Below are positions 39,206 through 41,117 of a stretch of 41,117 nt of DNA, in pieces. How positions within the stretch are numbered: the first letter of the stretch is position 1; every line of letters starts with the position of its first letter. This stretch comes from Candidatus Caldarchaeales archaeon. Its GTDB lineage: Archaea; Thermoproteota; Nitrososphaeria_A; Caldarchaeales; Wolframiiraptoraceae. The stretch is from NCBI GenBank assembly GCA_039630055.1, contig JBCNVN010000011.1, positions 1 to 41,117 of the forward strand. Direction: 5' to 3'. A model generated the notes under the pieces. The model worked only from the letters and a program-made list of their open reading frames with translations, ran no database searches and had not been told where the DNA came from. The translations under genes and the position numbers were made by a program.

Positions 39206-39952
39206 CTAGTAGAAGATTAAGACTGTTCCTATCGAGACAAGTATGACCCCGATTATATTTCTTACACTCTCTTGGCTAAGCTTCCTAGAGCCTATATGTC
39301 CTCCTATAAGAGATATGGACACAACTAACGGAACCAATACAATCATTATCTGGTTCTCCAAGAGCGTTGACATCAATCTAGGTGTACGTGCAAGTAGTCC
39401 AGATAGAGAGTTCGAGAAGATGAATAAGGTTGTAGTAGCTGCTGTTGTCTTAGGCTCAGATATACCTCCCAGCAATAGTATTGGGGCTAGATAGACACCT
39501 CCACCTATACCTGTTAGACCTGCTAGAAAACCTATAAATCCACCGATAAGAACGATATGTAAGAAATTTACTTCAAGATCGGCTAACGGTTTTCTAGATA
39601 ATAATGTAATGAGACCTGAAATTACTATCACTAAACCCATTACTAGCTTCAGCATATACTCTGAGATGCTGAAAGATGTTATTCCTCCGATGAATGCGAG
39701 GGGTACGGAGCCTAATAAGAGTAGTAGAAACTTCTTTTCTAGATGGATTCGCCATAGAGTGGAGGATGTTCCCGTACTGAAGATGTTGAATAATAGGCTT
39801 CCGATAGCGGCTTGAGATGGAGGAATCCCTGAAAGTATCAGTATTGCTAGAAAGATTGAGCCTCCACCGAACCCACCCATCGTAAAGATCAAGACAGCTA
39901 CACATATAGCAACTGCTGTTAGAAATGTTTCTATAGAGAACATGTATTCCAC
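39206..39952 (-). CDS. TauE/SafE sulfite exporter family protein
   Basis: Twin GFGGGS and GIGGGV motifs; about 8 TM helices. Confidence 0.9.
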   Translation of the reverse strand: MEYMFSIETFLTAVAICVAVLIFTMGGFGGGSIFLAILILSGIPPSQAAIGSLLFNIFSTGTSSTLWRIHLEKKFLLLLLGSVPLAFIGGITSFSISEYMLKLVMGLVIVISGLITLLSRKPLADLEVNFLHIVLIGGFIGFLAGLTGIGGGVYLAPILLLGGISEPKTTAATTTLFIFSNSLSGLLARTPRLMSTLLENQIMIVLVPLVVSISLIGGHIGSRKLSQESVRNIIGVILVSIGTVLIFY

Positions 39953-40028
39953 CTAGTATACCTATCAAAAATTAGATTATCAAGGATATTAGCTTATGTA
40001 AACCGTGAAGAAAAAATTGGAGGATGTT

Positions 40029-40523
40029 TTATTTGCCTAATATTGTCTCGAAGAGGTCTTCATGCCTTACTTCTTCTTCAAGAATATGTCTGATTATGTG
40101 GAATGTAACAGGATCTGCTTTTACACCTGCCAAGTAATTAAGTATCTTATTATAAGCCTCGATAGCACATCTTTCAGCCTCTATAACAGATCTACATATT
40201 GCTTTCAAATCACTTAGATTCTCTGGTATAGTTACGTATGGACAGCCAGCTATCTTCACAAGGTCTTCAAACCTTCTTGGAGGTTCATCACCTAACTGTA
40301 TTATCCTATCAGCTAGTTCAGATTGATGTTCAAGTTCTTCTTTAGCCAGTTCTTCAAGCTTGCTTGCTATCGCGGGAGATTCAAGCCCCTCACTAATCTT
40401 AGCCAGTAAACTATAGTAATAGGTTGCTATCCACTCATCAGCATAGGCGCTCTTTAACATGTTAACGAGTGTATTGACATCTACGCCGGCTTTTTCTACT
40501 ATCTCACGCCCTTTCTTTCCCAT
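40029..40523 (-). CDS. DPS-like (DpsL) ferritin-superfamily protein
   Basis: ADEW..YYY, EELEH, ERCAI and EEVRHE diiron ligands plus the Cys pair (AGC...ERC). Confidence 0.88.
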   Translation of the reverse strand: MGKKGREIVEKAGVDVNTLVNMLKSAYADEWIATYYYSLLAKISEGLESPAIASKLEELAKEELEHQSELADRIIQLGDEPPRRFEDLVKIAGCPYVTIPENLSDLKAICRSVIEAERCAIEAYNKILNYLAGVKADPVTFHIIRHILEEEVRHEDLFETILGK

Positions 40524-40588
40524 ACATTGATCAACTAACTATCAATACTATATAAGATTAATTTATCAACAGAAACCTATTTATCTTC

Positions 40589-40605
40589 TTATAAGTTTCT
40601 TATAA
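40589..40605. promoter_or_regulatory. 7-3-7 palindrome TTATAAG-TTT-CTTATAA upstream of dpsL
   Basis: Perfect inverted arms ~35 nt upstream of the dpsL TATA-like TTATATA (40555-40549). Confidence 0.35.
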
Positions 40606-40853
40606 TAGGCTCAATCCTACTACTCTATCTCAAGTATAATAATTCATATAGCCATGCTTGAAGAACTTGTGATTCATGATTTATAGAACTATTCAAGACT
40701 ACTTGATAATGCTCCATAGCATGTTAATGATAGAGTTTATAAGAATGTATCCAATATTTTTCCGAAAAAGTTGATTCTAGATCTTCCATCGTTATCCAAT
40801 GATCTTGTATGCGTAAGGAGAGACTATCTCAATCTTTCAAGCATCATGTAGGT

Positions 40854-41108
40854 TTATTCAATTAGTGATGCAGATTTAAGCTTGGCTATTAGGTCTAGAA
40901 GTGGTGGTTTTACTTCTTCTACATCTATATCTCCTTGGCTGGCTAGGTCTACCGCTACTTCATTAAAGGTCTTATTGTCACATATACTCCAGATGTAGGC
41001 AACGATCTCATCGACTCTATATGCTTCATTTAACTCGTTAACTAGAAGTAGGTTTCCTTCATCATCCTTGACAAGCTCTCCTTTACGCTTAAGCTTAACC
41101 TCTTCCAT
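40854..41108 (-). CDS. PqqD family / RiPP recognition element-like protein
   Basis: LLLVN...AYRVDEIVAYIWSICD.KT..EV...L....LIE pattern, consistent with three strands plus three helices. Confidence 0.75.
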   Translation of the reverse strand: MEEVKLKRKGELVKDDEGNLLLVNELNEAYRVDEIVAYIWSICDNKTFNEVAVDLASQGDIDVEEVKPPLLDLIAKLKSASLIE

Positions 41109-41117
41109 TTAATTACC

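Overview
A gene-dense archaeal chromosomal window. SmAP3, rpS19e, rpL31e/L39e, Rpp21, Nep1, an archaeal SRP RNA and a RAM-fused homocitrate synthase point to Thermoproteota/TACK; an Aigarchaeota/Caldarchaeales-like lineage is my inference. The window holds SRP RNA, a copper export pair (CopZ-like + TRASH-CopA), a complete phoU/pstSCAB-phoU locus, an intron-containing tRNA-Glu(CUC), thrC, glyA, ychF, an isolated nuoL-nuoM pair, a Csp-type membrane-anchored subtilase, an AT-rich islet with frame-disrupted secreted-protein genes, part of the conserved rpp21-rps19e-pdcd5-rpl39e-rpl31e cluster, DpsL and a stand-alone PqqD/RRE protein. The most unusual signals are: (1) a 19-nt tRNA-Glu intron at position 10/11 whose splice motif borrows the acceptor stem, together with an upstream duplicate of the acceptor 5' strand that could act as a folding decoy; (2) a GC-richer ~12-TM protein made of three His-bearing 4-TM repeats; (3) the AT-rich islet with a CCT-TAA +1 frame junction. 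I saw no CRISPR array, transposase or integrase. All calls come from reading the sequence and recalling protein families; no searches were run.
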